The notes: generated by a model from the sequence alone, not told the origin. A stretch of DNA of 64,000 nucleotides from an uncultured Bacteroidota bacterium (GCA_963843605.1 CAWJLA010000004.1:219282-283281); one strand, 5' to 3'; numbered from the stretch's first letter, positions 42,030 to 53,753 are shown. Program-made: numbers and translations.

Positions 42030-44012
42030 TTATTTCACCAAAACCATCTTATTTCCGTAATCTTTTCCGTTTATGGTAAGAATATAATAATAAACGCCGC
42101 TAGCGCAACTTACTCCCCTGTCGTTTTTACCGTTCCAAACACATGTATTCTTCCCAGCTTCTGCAATACCTTTAAATAATACTTTCACGGTCTGCCCGAT
42201 TGCATCCATGATAATTAATTTTGCGGGTACATTCTTGTCGGAATAAAAATAAATTGTAGTTGAAGAGTTGAAAGGATTCGGAAAATTTGTCTCAAGCACC
42301 TTTTTTGATAATTCGGTCAAGTATGTGTCCACAACCGTAATATCGTATTGTCCTATTTTGAATGAATAATATTGTGTCGAAGGTTCCCGGTCTGAACCGC
42401 CGGAGCTGTCCTGATAAGTAAAATATGCATAAACCAATTGGCTGTCGGGAACCGCAGGCAGATCAAACGAATATTTTATCTTACCGTCATAGCTCATGGC
42501 ACCTTCCGAAAAAGACTGGTTGTCCAATGAGTAATGGACTTTAACAGATGAAGGCACTATCCCGGAGGAATTAAAGAATATTTTATTCAGCGTGTAAATA
42601 TTGCTGCCTGAGTTAAAATATAAGTTAGGATACGACAACGCTCTTTCTGCTGAAATAAGTCCGTATCCTCTGTCATTATTGGGAGTATTATAATTTCCGG
42701 CGGTACGCAATAATATATATCTTGCCTGCGCGTTTGTAAGATTAGGGTAAGCAGATAAAAGCAAAGCAGCTACTCCGCCTGCAATAGGGGTTGCCGCCGA
42801 AGTGCCTTGTTCGAAAACATATGAGTCGTAGCTCGGAGCATAGGCACCGAAAACGGCCTCTCCCATAGCTACAACATCCGGTTTTATTCTTCCGTCGTAT
42901 GTAGGACCTCTTGAACTGAAAGCCGATACTGCGTTGGTGCTGTCAACCGAACCTACCGCAATAACATGAAAACCGTCTGCAGGGGCATCAACATATTTCC
43001 ATTTGGTATCGCCTTCGTTACCTGCAGCATTTAAAACCAATATGCCGCGCTGATAAGCAAGTTCGGCGGCTTTTGTTACGATGGTGGTATTTCCGTTCAT
43101 ATCGGCATAAGTGTAGTTTGTACCCGTGTCAAAAATATTATAGCCGAGAGAACTTGTAGTTATATCAACACCAAGCGAATCCATCCATTGCAGGGCAGCC
43201 GCATAATTATCTTCTTCAATATGCTTTTCACTTCTGTCGTCTTCTGTCTTTGCAAGAACAAAAGTCGCATTATAAGCCACTCCGATTATAGTACTGTCCT
43301 TATAGCCGCCGATAATTGAAAACACATAAGTGCCGTGCACACCCGAATCAAGCGCGTCACCGGGCTGCGGTGCGGTAGATACCGTATGAAATACAAAATT
43401 ATATTCCGCCTCAACTTTCCTGGATACAAGCGATTCGTGATCCCGCCACATAAACCCGTCGTCAAGAATCCCGACCAGCACTCCCGATCCGTTTATGCCT
43501 TTGGAATGAACAATTGGTATATCCGAAAGTTTTTCCTGAATATACGAATGTCCGTAATCAATTTTTTCAGGAAAGGCCGAAATTTTATTCATACCGGTTT
43601 TCTGTTCGCTATTAATCTTGTTGAACTTAAATACTATAACCGGCTTAACGCTCTTAACAAAAGGTAATGCGGCCAGAGAACTTACCTGGCCGGGACTTAA
43701 ATATGCTGTAACCGCATTAAACCATCTTAATTTATTCTCTATTTTTATTCCCGATTGTTCCAGCTGCATAACATAATACGCATCAAGCGGCATATCTTCA
43801 TAGGTCAAAATATGATCGGTTCCCATTACCTTTTCCCGGCGTTCGATGCTTCTGAGTGAAAGAAGTTTTAATGCTTCCTGTTTCATCGAAGATGTTTTGC
43901 TTAGAACTTTTGCGGGCATATCTCCTTTATCTTTGAAATATATATAATACTTTGATTGCGGGAATAAAAATGCTGTAAGAGTTAGGATCAGAATGACTGT
44001 AATTCTTTTCAT
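42030..44012 (-). CDS. Subtilisin-like (S8) serine protease with T9SS C-terminal sorting domain
   Basis: Asp GILDDGF, His HGTYVFSIIGG, Ser GTSAATPIAGGVAALLLS; signal peptide; C-terminus NFPNPFNSSTTIYF...SGVYYYIL. Confidence 0.9.
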   Translation of the reverse strand: MKRITVILILTLTAFLFPQSKYYIYFKDKGDMPAKVLSKTSSMKQEALKLLSLRSIERREKVMGTDHILTYEDMPLDAYYVMQLEQSGIKIENKLRWFNAVTAYLSPGQVSSLAALPFVKSVKPVIVFKFNKINSEQKTGMNKISAFPEKIDYGHSYIQEKLSDIPIVHSKGINGSGVLVGILDDGFMWRDHESLVSRKVEAEYNFVFHTVSTAPQPGDALDSGVHGTYVFSIIGGYKDSTIIGVAYNATFVLAKTEDDRSEKHIEEDNYAAALQWMDSLGVDITTSSLGYNIFDTGTNYTYADMNGNTTIVTKAAELAYQRGILVLNAAGNEGDTKWKYVDAPADGFHVIAVGSVDSTNAVSAFSSRGPTYDGRIKPDVVAMGEAVFGAYAPSYDSYVFEQGTSAATPIAGGVAALLLSAYPNLTNAQARYILLRTAGNYNTPNNDRGYGLISAERALSYPNLYFNSGSNIYTLNKIFFNSSGIVPSSVKVHYSLDNQSFSEGAMSYDGKIKYSFDLPAVPDSQLVYAYFTYQDSSGGSDREPSTQYYSFKIGQYDITVVDTYLTELSKKVLETNFPNPFNSSTTIYFYSDKNVPAKLIIMDAIGQTVKVLFKGIAEAGKNTCVWNGKNDRGVSCASGVYYYILTINGKDYGNKMVLVK

Positions 44013-44119
44013 AAATTTTAATTTTTGAATATGGTAAGGAGTTTAATACTAATTAATTCTAACTTCCGTTAAATATATGACTTACGCTCCAAACTAAAAA
44101 ATGAAAAGGAAATGACCAA

Positions 44120-45047
44120 TTACCTGATCAGTTTAAATATCCTTTTCCATCTTATCGAGTCGAATAAACCGGAAATGTTTTTAACCGCAACATCGGGAAT
44201 ATTCGACCAGTAAATCAGCACCGCTTTTCCGATAATATCATCGTACGGAACAAAACCCCAAAAACGGCTGTCAAGGCTGTTTGTACGGTTATCGCCCATA
44301 ACGAAATAGTAATTTTTTTTGACGGTATAGGTTCTGACCGGTGTTCCGTTTATCGTTATAACAGATCCTTCGACACTGACGGCTTTTTTATTAAATTCCC
44401 TGTCGATCAATGCTTCCCAGCCTGGAAATATTAACCGGATTCACTCCGATTACTTCGCCCTTATACGGAACGGTCAAAGGCCCGTAATTGTCTTCATTCC
44501 AATCCTCGCCGGGAGGATATATTTTATATCCCCTTATTCCTTTTTTCCGAATTCCGGATTCGGATATTATTGCCGAATGAGGCGGAACCTGTTTAATGCC
44601 GTTTACATATACTATACGGTCGATAATCTTTACAGTGTCGCCCGGACAACCGATTACCCTTTTTATATAATCAACATCTTCACCGGGGTACAATTGATTA
44701 TTAAATCCCGGAAATTTAAATACTATTACATCGTTATGCTGCGGCAGGTCGAATTGAAAAATCCGGAAGCGGGGTATTTCGATATATGTAAGAGGAATGT
44801 AAGCGGGAGTATCCAATGAATAAGAAGCTTTATTAATTAAAACGACGTCGCCGGCCAACAAAGTGTTTTCCATTGACGTAGTGGGAATTTTATCGGCTTC
44901 AATAAGAAAGGTTTTAAACAGTACTGCAATAATAAAAGCCAGCAGAATAGCCTTTATAAACCCCATCTTGAATATCTTTTGTTGTTCGAAAGCCGGCTGC
45001 TGCCGAGACGGCGTTTCGATCTTATTAATATCGTCAGATTCCGGCAA
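44120..45047 (-). pseudogene. lepB: Signal peptidase I, 1-nt insertion about 44391-44440
   Basis: ORF 44391-45047 carries IPTTSMENTLLAGD (Ser box) and IKRVIG. ORF 44120-44410 carries [17 protein letters not shown]. 928 nt = 927+1. Immediately downstream of lepA. Confidence 0.85.
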
Positions 45048-45062
45048 ATTTAATAACTCATT

Positions 45063-46856
45063 TTAATCTTCAATTTGGAGAACGGCTAAAAACGCTTCCT
45101 GCGGTATTTCAACATTGCCAACCTGCTTCATTCTTTTTTTACCTTCCTTTTGTTTCTCAAGAAGTTTTCTTTTTCTGGTAATGTCGCCCCCGTAACACTT
45201 TGCAAGCACGTTCTTTCTTAAAGCCTTAACCACCGACTTTGAAATTACCTTCGTTCCAATAGCCGCCTGAATATCGATTTCAAACATTTGACGCGGAATA
45301 AGATCTTTTAATTTGGAGCATACTTTCCTTCCCCAGTCGTAAGATTTGCTTTTGTGCACTATCATAGAAAGGGCATCCACCGGATCGCCGTTCAATAAAA
45401 TATCCAGTTTAACCAATTCTGATTCGCGGTATCCCATATATTCATAATCAAAAGAAGCATAGCCGCGGGTAGTCGATTTCAATTTATCGTAAAAATCGAA
45501 TATTATTTCCGCCAGCGGAAATTCAAAAGTCAAATCGGCTCTTGTAGGATCTATGTAATTAGTATTAATATAAACTCCGCGTTTATCCATTCCGAGTTTC
45601 ATAATATTTCCCACATACTCGCTCGGACAAACAATCTGGGCCTTTACATAAGGTTCTTCTATCCGTTCGATATCACCGACGGGAGGCATCATTGCAGGAT
45701 TATCTACAATTATTTGTTCTTCTTTTTTATTAAAGACATAATATTCAACGTTGGGCAGAGTAGTTATAATCGACTGATTATATTCGCGCAGTAGTCTTTC
45801 CTGCACAATTTCCATGTGAAGAAGACCAAGAAATCCGCATCTGAAACCGAATCCCAAAGCGGCGGATGTTTCAGGCTGATAAATCAAAGCGGAATCATTC
45901 AAGCGGAATTTTTCCAGAGCATCTCTAAGATCCTCGAACTCGTCTGCATCCGTAGGATAAAGCCCGCTGTAAACCATAGGCTTTACATCCTTATAACCGG
46001 GAAGCGGTTTTTCTGCTCCGCCCTTTGCATGGGTAACGGTATCTCCGACTTTAATATCGTGCACTTCTTTAACGCCCGAGATTAAATAGCCTACATTGCC
46101 TGCGGAAAGTTCCCCGGTTTTAATTTTCCGGAGTCCCAGAATGCCGATTTCTTCTGCTTCAATTTCTTTACCCGTCACGAAATATTTTATTTTATCGTTA
46201 GTCTTCAGGGTTCCGTTAAATACTCTTATATAAGCAATTGCTCCGCGGTACGCATCGAAAATTGAATCAAAAATTAAAGCTTGAAGAGGCGAATCAGGAT
46301 CTCCGTTAGGAGCAGGAATTTTTTTTACAATAGTTTCAAGAATTTCGTCGATGCCGATTTTAGTTTTTGCGCTTGCAAGCAGTATTTCGCTTTCTTCGCA
46401 TCCTATAAGATCAATTACTTGTCCTTTTATTTTTTCGACTTCAGCACTAGGAAGATCAATTTTATTCAATACCGGAATTATCTCAAGCCCGGCGTCTATT
46501 GCCAGATACAGATTACTTATCGTCTGGGCTTCTACTCCCTGAGCCGCATCCACAACAAGCAATGCTCCTTCGCATGCAGCCAGAGAACGGGATACTTCGT
46601 AGGAAAAATCCACATGCCCCGGAGTATCGATCAAATTCAATATATAGTCAACTCCGTCCGAAGCTTTATACTTCATTTGAATTGCATGCGATTTAATGGT
46701 AATTCCCCGTTCTCTTTCAAGTTCAAGGTCGTCCAATACCTGTGCTTTAGCCTCCCTTTCGGTAATAGTATGCGTCTTTTCCAGAAGGCAATCGGCTATT
46801 GTTGATTTACCGTGATCAATATGTGCAATAATGCAAAAATTTCTGATGTTGTTCAT
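45063..46856 (-). CDS. lepA: Translation elongation factor 4 (LepA)
   Basis: 597 aa; [37 protein letters not shown], LepA C-terminal domain. Confidence 0.97.
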   Translation of the reverse strand: MNNIRNFCIIAHIDHGKSTIADCLLEKTHTITEREAKAQVLDDLELERERGITIKSHAIQMKYKASDGVDYILNLIDTPGHVDFSYEVSRSLAACEGALLVVDAAQGVEAQTISNLYLAIDAGLEIIPVLNKIDLPSAEVEKIKGQVIDLIGCEESEILLASAKTKIGIDEILETIVKKIPAPNGDPDSPLQALIFDSIFDAYRGAIAYIRVFNGTLKTNDKIKYFVTGKEIEAEEIGILGLRKIKTGELSAGNVGYLISGVKEVHDIKVGDTVTHAKGGAEKPLPGYKDVKPMVYSGLYPTDADEFEDLRDALEKFRLNDSALIYQPETSAALGFGFRCGFLGLLHMEIVQERLLREYNQSIITTLPNVEYYVFNKKEEQIIVDNPAMMPPVGDIERIEEPYVKAQIVCPSEYVGNIMKLGMDKRGVYINTNYIDPTRADLTFEFPLAEIIFDFYDKLKSTTRGYASFDYEYMGYRESELVKLDILLNGDPVDALSMIVHKSKSYDWGRKVCSKLKDLIPRQMFEIDIQAAIGTKVISKSVVKALRKNVLAKCYGGDITRKRKLLEKQKEGKKRMKQVGNVEIPQEAFLAVLQIED

Positions 46857-47154
46857 TAAATTTCTATTATTTGAATACTAAATATAACTAGGAAGACAGA
46901 ATTTTAAAAGGCAATAAAATACATTGATACTCTAATATAATACGGTTTATACTTCATAGTTCAGGTTATTTAACATTTTACAAGTTCAGAGCCTAAGATT
47001 TGATTAAAAGAATAGCCGCAAAATTCTCGGATATGTTTGACCGCAGACTTATTTTTTCCGATAGAATCTATGTTTCAAATAGCAAAGCATATTTTGAAAA
47101 TTATGCGGTCTGAAAGAAAAGTATGCAGAAAGAACAAAAACATTCTTAAAATTT

Positions 47155-48093
47155 TTAATTCTCTTCAATCATCCTTAATATAATTCCTTCGCGCAGAGCA
47201 AATTCCGAAATTGTAAGCGATTTCAGTTTAAATATTTCGAATGCCTTATTCAGGATAACCAGGCCGGCAGGTATTATATCGGCACGTTTTGCTTCCATTC
47301 CTTTAATTGCCAGTCTTTCATCACGTGTTTTACATTCCATTACTGCCGCCGTAACCGCTTTTAGTTCGTCATGCGTAAAAGTAAAACCGTTCGGCGACTT
47401 TTTAGGTCTTTGATGTCTTAGATAATATATCATCGAAGCCGCGGATTCGATCGTACCGGAACTGCCCACGGCAATATCAAATTTTCTGTTGAACTTAATA
47501 TTTTTGTTTGAATGAATTTCATCTCCCACGTACTCGCCGCATACTTTAAGCGCATTATCCGTTATTAAAAAATCAGGAAAAAACATTCTGCTTAATCTTA
47601 CGGCGCCGATTTTAATGCTCTCGGCAAATTCCGGTTCACCGTTATTGCCGAGTACGAACTCTGTACTTCCGCCTCCTATATCCATGCAAAAGGCTTTTTT
47701 ATCGTTCAGTTCCAGGGCTTTTTTGGCTCCGGTGAATATTAATTTAGCTTCTTCGCGTCCATCGACGGGCTCAACCTTAATTCCGGTAGCTACCAGCACC
47801 GCTTTAACAAAATGCGCTTTGTTATGAGCTTCTCTTACCGCACTTGTTGCGATAGCCCTCATTTCGGCATTATAAAAAGAGGCTAATTTTTTGAACCCGG
47901 ATAATATCTTTATAGCATGTTCGGTTTCTTCTTTTGTAATAAGCGATAAACCTCTGCCTTTGTGAGACGCCAGTCTAATTATTTCCCGCTCGCGGTCTAC
48001 AATTTTAAATGATCCGTCTTTCTTGATCTTTACAATGATAAGATGAAACGAATTTGTACCCATATCAACGGCGGCAAGAAAACGGTTAGGCAA
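47155..48093 (-). CDS. ppx: Ppx/GppA family phosphatase (start taken at TTG 48091-48093 after GGAGGA)
   Basis: RFLAAVDMGTNSFHLIIV, DIGGGSTEF actin-fold ATPase motifs; about 312 aa. Confidence 0.8.
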   Translation of the reverse strand: MPNRFLAAVDMGTNSFHLIIVKIKKDGSFKIVDREREIIRLASHKGRGLSLITKEETEHAIKILSGFKKLASFYNAEMRAIATSAVREAHNKAHFVKAVLVATGIKVEPVDGREEAKLIFTGAKKALELNDKKAFCMDIGGGSTEFVLGNNGEPEFAESIKIGAVRLSRMFFPDFLITDNALKVCGEYVGDEIHSNKNIKFNRKFDIAVGSSGTIESAASMIYYLRHQRPKKSPNGFTFTHDELKAVTAAVMECKTRDERLAIKGMEAKRADIIPAGLVILNKAFEIFKLKSLTISEFALREGIILRMIEEN

Positions 48094-49207
48094 AATTCTC
48101 CTCCTTCTTTCCGGATAAAATGCTTTTACAGAGAAGATAAACATCATCCACTACAATATCATCTATCAATTCCGATTTTCTCAGGAAATATTTATTATGT
48201 CCGACCGGCGCCCAGTTAAACGGGTTTGTGGGCCCGAATATCGAAATTTGGGGCGTATTTGTAGCCCCGGCTACATGCATAATTCCGGTATCGTTTGAGA
48301 CGAACAGATCCGATTGTGAAATGAGCGCCGCAACTTCAGGAACCTCTCTTTCGATAAAAAGCCCGATCCTGAAAGAAATATTTTCGTGTATATAATTTAT
48401 CTCTTCACTATCTGCTTTGCTTCCGGTCAAGTAAAACAATACCGGAAATTCATTATTTAGTCTCTCCATCAACTCAATATATTTTTTAAGCGACCAGCGA
48501 TTGGGAATTTTTCCTGCTCCTACATGAAGTCCTATAATCAGTTTATCTTCTTTTTCTTTCAGAGCTGAAATAAATTCTCCGGCAGTTTCCAGGTCAGCGT
48601 TGTCAAATGTTATTTCCGATCTGTAATTATTTGTATCTACACCAAAAGGGCGGATAATATCAAGAATTCTGTCGGCAACATTCGAATCCGGGTGTTTGCG
48701 CCAATCGATAGGTATTCTTCTGTCAAAAAGGAAAGAACTTTTATTGATCTTGCCGTTCAGGCTTTCTGGACCTACCCTTATTTTTGCTTTTGCTTTTCGT
48801 GCCAGAAGGTTGCTGGTAAATGATATTGACACCGTAACAGGAACTATTACTACATCGTAGCGTTCATTAAACAAATCTATTAACTTATTGAAGTAGCCAG
48901 GGTTGATCAGTTTCTTTTTATCGAATACAAAAAGCCGGTCGATATATTTGTTTTTTATTACGCCTGGATAATTGAAAGGACTGGCAACAAGTGTAATATT
49001 ACTTTCGGGGTAAGTTTCTTTAATTGCGCGCAGAAGCGACACACCGGCAAGCAAATCACCGAGCTGGTTATGCTGCCTTATGATTAAAAATTTTGCGGGA
49101 TTATTAAGATCCCTGCTTTTATCTTCCTGAACAGAAAATAATTTTCTTACAATTCCGTAAATCACATTATCAAGAGTTATTTTATGCGCCATCAAAATTC
49201 TGATCAC
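48086..49207 (-). CDS. Glycosyltransferase family 9 (LPS heptosyltransferase-like)
   Basis: ILIIRQHNQLGDLL near the N-terminus and VSNDTGIMHVAGA near the C-terminus are typical GT9 blocks. Confidence 0.75.
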   Translation of the reverse strand: MIRILMAHKITLDNVIYGIVRKLFSVQEDKSRDLNNPAKFLIIRQHNQLGDLLAGVSLLRAIKETYPESNITLVASPFNYPGVIKNKYIDRLFVFDKKKLINPGYFNKLIDLFNERYDVVIVPVTVSISFTSNLLARKAKAKIRVGPESLNGKINKSSFLFDRRIPIDWRKHPDSNVADRILDIIRPFGVDTNNYRSEITFDNADLETAGEFISALKEKEDKLIIGLHVGAGKIPNRWSLKKYIELMERLNNEFPVLFYLTGSKADSEEINYIHENISFRIGLFIEREVPEVAALISQSDLFVSNDTGIMHVAGATNTPQISIFGPTNPFNWAPVGHNKYFLRKSELIDDIVVDDVYLLCKSILSGKKEENFA

Positions 49208-49407
49208 TCGTTGTTGTTTTTCGAATCTGTCTTAATTTCCCTGAATTCCACTTCTTCCGCATCTTTATATTTCGACTCACCCGGAGTATTTCCGTGAACA
49301 TTATTCGTTTTTTTTACTCCTGCAGTCAAATACCGGATGAATAACACTAATCCTTTATAAATGAAATAAAACAGAATAAATAGTAAAATCAATCTGAACA
49401 TAATCAC
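49204..49407 (-). CDS. Small single-TM membrane protein (DUF4834-like)
   Basis: 67 aa, N-terminal TM, acidic C-terminus DAEEVEFREIK. ATGA overlaps on both sides suggest translational coupling. Confidence 0.45.
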   Translation of the reverse strand: MIMFRLILLFILFYFIYKGLVLFIRYLTAGVKKTNNVHGNTPGESKYKDAEEVEFREIKTDSKNNNE

Positions 49408-50078
49408 TCAATCCTTCTGGATTCTGGTTTAAAATATTCGATAAGGCCTCTATCTTCCCTGAATATCTGCTTAAATAATTCATCAAAATCTTCCTCGCTG
49501 TTCACAAAATCTATTTCCGTCGAGTTAACAATAAGAAGAGGAGTAGTATTATAGCGGAAAAAGAAATGATTATACGCATCGCTCAATTCTTCTATATAAT
49601 TCCGCGTCAGGTTTCGTTCAATACGCCGGCTTCTTTTCTTTATGTTAAACATTAATCTTTCGATGCTTGATTGAAGGTAGACAACCAGATCGGGTTTTCT
49701 TAAATTTCTGTTGAGCAGAGGAAAAAGGCTTTCGTAGAGTTTCAGTTCTTCTCCATTCAGGTTTAAGTAAGCAAATATCCTGTCTTTTTCAAACACATAA
49801 TCGCTAACTATAAACTCGGTGAAAAGGTTTTCCTGGTTTAAAGCTTCCTGCTGCTTGTACCGGTTAATTAGGAAAAACATCTGGGTTTGAAACGCGAATC
49901 TTTTTCTGTCGGAGTAAAATTTTTCCAGAAACGGGTTTGTTTCAAATTGTTCCAGCACAAAATCAGCGTTCAATTTTTCTTTTATTTTTTTCGCCAGAGA
50001 TGTTTTACCCGCTCCAATAACTCCTTCAATCGCGATAAATCTAAGTTCAGAATTTTCACCCAATTTTACTTCTCCCAT
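49404..50078 (-). CDS. Deoxynucleoside kinase
   Basis: P-loop IAIEGVIGAGKTSLAKKI, FVLEQFETNPFLEKFY, DR(I/S) and arginine-rich lid RRIERN. Confidence 0.85.
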   Translation of the reverse strand: MGEVKLGENSELRFIAIEGVIGAGKTSLAKKIKEKLNADFVLEQFETNPFLEKFYSDRKRFAFQTQMFFLINRYKQQEALNQENLFTEFIVSDYVFEKDRIFAYLNLNGEELKLYESLFPLLNRNLRKPDLVVYLQSSIERLMFNIKKRSRRIERNLTRNYIEELSDAYNHFFFRYNTTPLLIVNSTEIDFVNSEEDFDELFKQIFREDRGLIEYFKPESRRIE

Positions 50079-50584
50079 GTTAATAATATTTTTTCCGGAA
50101 TTTTACCGATTAGACACTGCTCCGATTCATCGATGTAAATATCACAAATTTTTTTATTTAATGCAGGATGATACAAATCGGGAGCTATTTCGCATAACGG
50201 GATCAATACAAAATCCCTGTACTGTACTTCTTTATGAGGAACTGTAAGTTTTTCATCCTCGTAAACAAGATCATTATAGAACAGCAGATCCAGATCAATT
50301 TCCCGCGGACCCCATTTGGGGTTCTTTGTTCTGCCCACTTCGGTTTCAATTTTTTTAAGTACCGGAAGTAAGTCCGAGAACGAATAGCTTGTCTTCAATT
50401 CTATGGCGGCATTGTAAAAATTATCCTGCTCCTTGTACCCGTAAGGTTTTGTCTCGTATATCGAAGAAACGGAAATTATGCTACAGTTTTGATCAGTTTG
50501 GAGCTTTTTTACCGCATCGTTCAAGTAACCGATTCTATTTCCTTTATTTGAGCCTAGTCCGACGTATGCCGTGTTTCTATTCAT
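50066..50584 (-). CDS. folK: 2-amino-4-hydroxy-6-hydroxymethyldihydropteridine pyrophosphokinase
   Basis: AYVGLGSNKGNR, SIYETKPYG, WGPREIDLDLL, LTVPH, FVLIPLCEIAP. Confidence 0.92.
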   Translation of the reverse strand: MNRNTAYVGLGSNKGNRIGYLNDAVKKLQTDQNCSIISVSSIYETKPYGYKEQDNFYNAAIELKTSYSFSDLLPVLKKIETEVGRTKNPKWGPREIDLDLLFYNDLVYEDEKLTVPHKEVQYRDFVLIPLCEIAPDLYHPALNKKICDIYIDESEQCLIGKIPEKILLTWEK

Positions 50585-50638
50585 CGTATCCTTCTAATTT
50601 TAAACGCTTTCTCATTAAAAGAAAATTTTTACTTATCG

Positions 50639-51016
50639 CTAAGATAATAGTTCGTCTCTGTCTTTGATTACTTCAACTTCCACATAATCCACAATTCCCC
50701 CCAGCGGCGGATTATTTTTTCTTATTCTTACGGCAACTTTATCAATATTAACAAAATTTCTGAGCAATTCATCTGCAATTACCATTGCCAAAGTTTCAAT
50801 TAGATAATGTTTTCGTTCAAGCGCAAACTGGTACATAAACTTATAAACCTTATCGTAATCTACGGTTTGCTTTAAACTGTCTTTTGCGGCAGCTTTTTGA
50901 AAATCTGTATAAATATCTACATCGGCTTCAAATTTTCCCCCTACACTCTGCTCTTCAGAAAGCACTCCGTGATACGCATAAAAAATTGCTTTCTTTATCC
51001 TTATTATATTCTGCAT
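50639..51016 (-). CDS. folB: Dihydroneopterin aldolase (start at MQNIIRIK; the track ORF extends to 51100)
   Basis: FYAYHGVLSEEQSVGGKFEADVDI, TVDYDKVY; 125 aa. Confidence 0.85.
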   Translation of the reverse strand: MQNIIRIKKAIFYAYHGVLSEEQSVGGKFEADVDIYTDFQKAAAKDSLKQTVDYDKVYKFMYQFALERKHYLIETLAMVIADELLRNFVNIDKVAVRIRKNNPPLGGIVDYVEVEVIKDRDELLS

Positions 51017-51096
51017 TTTTTTTCCGAAAATAAATAGAAAATTAACTGCAAATTTAACCTTTTTATCTGAATTATGACTAAATAATATGAAAAAGG

Positions 51097-51834
51097 TCAC
51101 TTATTTTTTAGTGCGATAGTTCCCAGGGATCTGCCGGAACGAAGTCCGTCCCTACGGTAGGAATGAAGAAGATATTTAAGTTCAAATGTACAAAGCGATG
51201 ATTTTTGAATATTTCCTGACGGTAAACCGAAATTTAACAGCATATCCAAATTAGCGCCGGCAACATCAAGAAGATATTTTCCGTCCTTTGGTAGAATAAA
51301 TTTTTCTTCAAATAAATCCGCCACTTCACTTCCCACTTCATAATTATTCTGACAAATCGACGGCGCAATATATGCGATCATATTCTCCGGTTTAGAATTA
51401 AAATCATCCGTCAGTTTTGCCAAAGCATTCCGCAGAATTTTCTTTTGAGTGCCTCTCCAGCCGGAATGGACACCCGCAATTACTTTATTTTTTGTATCGT
51501 AAATGAAAACGGCAGCACAGTCGGCGGTGCTTACCGCCAAACCAAGTCCGGCAACATCGGTTATCATTCCGTCGCTTTCTCCGCAGTTGCCGGGTTTATC
51601 TACATAAGTTACAGTATTTCCGTGAACCTGTTTTTGAAAGGCAATTTCGGATGAATTCAAGTTTAGAGCATTAAAGTAAGTGTCCCTGTTTTCCGTCACT
51701 TTATCCGGCTCGTCTTCCACAGAATATGAAACATTAAAATAAAACGGTTCTTCTCTTTCGTTGCCGAGCTTGGTATTAAAACCGAAAATAATTTCAGGGT
51801 ATTGTTCAAAAATGCGGGGTTTTATTATTAACAC
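51097..51834 (-). CDS. pgeF: YfiH/PgeF (DUF152, laccase-domain) peptidoglycan editing factor (GTG start at 51834 proposed; ORF open to 51960)
   Basis: QVHGNTVTYV, DGMITDVAGLGLAVSTADCAAVFIYD, GVHSGWRGT. The N-terminus (M)LIIKPRIF parallels E. coli MSKLIVPQW. Confidence 0.8.
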   Translation of the reverse strand: MLIIKPRIFEQYPEIIFGFNTKLGNEREEPFYFNVSYSVEDEPDKVTENRDTYFNALNLNSSEIAFQKQVHGNTVTYVDKPGNCGESDGMITDVAGLGLAVSTADCAAVFIYDTKNKVIAGVHSGWRGTQKKILRNALAKLTDDFNSKPENMIAYIAPSICQNNYEVGSEVADLFEEKFILPKDGKYLLDVAGANLDMLLNFGLPSGNIQKSSLCTFELKYLLHSYRRDGLRSGRSLGTIALKNK

Positions 51835-52123
51835 GATAGATTCTTGCCATAAATTTAAAAAATTCAAATTATAATTTAGTGAAAATATATAAACGAATAT
51901 ACGGCAAACTTCTTTCCAAAATAGTGATCTATTAATATTTCCGAATTTTAGAGGCACCAAGAATCATTCAGATCATAATTTGTAAGGCCTCCTCAGTTTA
52001 TCAAAACCTTAGTGACATTAGAAACTCTCCAAGTATTTGATTTATTACCTTTTTTATCAATTGAGACTCTTTACACTAAGTGTTATATTGACGAACTATT
52101 TATAAAAAAACTGGATTAAGATT

Positions 52124-52903
52124 TTGAAAATACTGGTTAGCAACGACGACGGAATCGAATCAAAGGGTATATGCGCCCTTGTAAAGTCGTTAAAAGAAAT
52201 TGCTGACGTTACCGTAGTAGCACCGGTAAAGGAGCAGAGCGCGGTTGGACATGCAATTACGATGCAGATTCCTCTGCGGATTATTAAGACATATAAAAAC
52301 GGTGAATTCTTCGGCTATGCGGTAAACGGAACGCCGGCGGACTGTGTTAAAATAGGCGTAAGAAATATCATGAAAGAACCGCCCGATTTGATGGTATCAG
52401 GAATAAATCACGGATCAAATACTGCGATAAATATAATATACTCGGGTACGGTTTCCGCGGCAAGGGAAGCCGCTATTATGGATATCCCTTCTATCGCAAT
52501 TTCTGTTACCAATCATGAAGTTAGCGATTTTACATTTGCGGCTAAAATTGCAAAGCTGCTTGCATCGGAAACCAAGGGCAAAGATCTTCCTCTCGGTACT
52601 CTTCTGAACGTTAATGTTCCCGATGTTCCGGAAAATGAAATTGCCGGTATTGTACTTACCCGGCAGGGCAAGTCAAAGTGGGACGATATATACGAACAGC
52701 GGATCGATCCTTACGGAAAAGATTATTATTGGCTCAAAGGCAATCTGCTTGAAGTTGACGACGATATTGAAACCGACCAGGCAGCGGTTAAAAATAATTA
52801 TGTTTCGGTTTCTCCTATTCATTTCGATCTTACGGATTACGATACTTTCAACAAAATGAAATCTTGGAATCTAGAAGGGTTACTTAATGGCAAAAAAGTT
52901 TGA
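52124..52903 (+). CDS. surE: 5'/3'-nucleotidase SurE (TTG start)
   Basis: (M)KILVSNDDGIESKGI, GINHGSNT, YSGTVSAAREA. Confidence 0.93.
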   Translation: MKILVSNDDGIESKGICALVKSLKEIADVTVVAPVKEQSAVGHAITMQIPLRIIKTYKNGEFFGYAVNGTPADCVKIGVRNIMKEPPDLMVSGINHGSNTAINIIYSGTVSAAREAAIMDIPSIAISVTNHEVSDFTFAAKIAKLLASETKGKDLPLGTLLNVNVPDVPENEIAGIVLTRQGKSKWDDIYEQRIDPYGKDYYWLKGNLLEVDDDIETDQAAVKNNYVSVSPIHFDLTDYDTFNKMKSWNLEGLLNGKKV

Positions 52904-53753
52904 GATATACCAGATAGATGCATTTACGGATCAACCTTTTCAGGGTAATCCCGCTGGAGTAACTTTCGGAGACAACCTTACAAAAGAAGAAATGCAGCTC
53001 ATCGCAAGAGAAATGAATCTAGCTGAAACTGCGTTTCTTTCAAAATCTGAAAAAGCAGATTATAATTTAAGATGGTTCACGCCGGTAATGGAAGTAGACC
53101 TTTGCGGACATGCTACAATCGCGTCACTGCATTTTTTAAATGAGAATAATATGCTTCGCCGATCTTCCAAAATAAAATTCGATACCCGTTCCGGTCTTCT
53201 TAAATGCAGGTTCGGGAGCGGAAAATATTTTATGCAGATGCCCGTTTTTAAATCGGAAATATATAAAGGCAGCGCGGAAGAAATATTTCGGGTTCTCGGT
53301 ATTTCATCTGACGAGACCGACCTTGATGTTCCATTCTTGCTTACTGAGCACGGATACTTATATGTTTATATCAAAAAACTTGATACCATCGGCAAGCTTA
53401 AACCCGATTATAAAAAGCTGCTTCAGCTTTCGGTAAACAATAGGTTCGGCGGCCTGGTTGTATATTCTCTTGAAACGGTGGATAATACCAGCTCGGCTCA
53501 TATTCGCTTCTTCGCGCCTTATTACGGCATCGACGAAGATCCTGTTACTGGATCAGCAAACGGGCCACTGCTTACGGTATTAATGAAACTGGGCATGATA
53601 AAAGACGAAGGAAAAAATATCAATCTGACCTTTGAGCAGGGAGATTTCATCAACAGAAGAGGCCGTATAGGCGTTAGTTATTTTGCAAAAGACAGGGAGC
53701 TTTATATATCCGGCAGTGCAATAACTATTTTAAAAGGGGAAATGTCCTTCTGA
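52887..53753 (+). CDS. PhzF-family isomerase-like protein
   Basis: YQIDAFTDQPFQGNPAGV, NLAETAFL, LRWFTP..EVDLCGHATIAS, DPVTGSANGPL. Confidence 0.85.
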   Translation: MAKKFEIYQIDAFTDQPFQGNPAGVTFGDNLTKEEMQLIAREMNLAETAFLSKSEKADYNLRWFTPVMEVDLCGHATIASLHFLNENNMLRRSSKIKFDTRSGLLKCRFGSGKYFMQMPVFKSEIYKGSAEEIFRVLGISSDETDLDVPFLLTEHGYLYVYIKKLDTIGKLKPDYKKLLQLSVNNRFGGLVVYSLETVDNTSSAHIRFFAPYYGIDEDPVTGSANGPLLTVLMKLGMIKDEGKNINLTFEQGDFINRRGRIGVSYFAKDRELYISGSAITILKGEMSF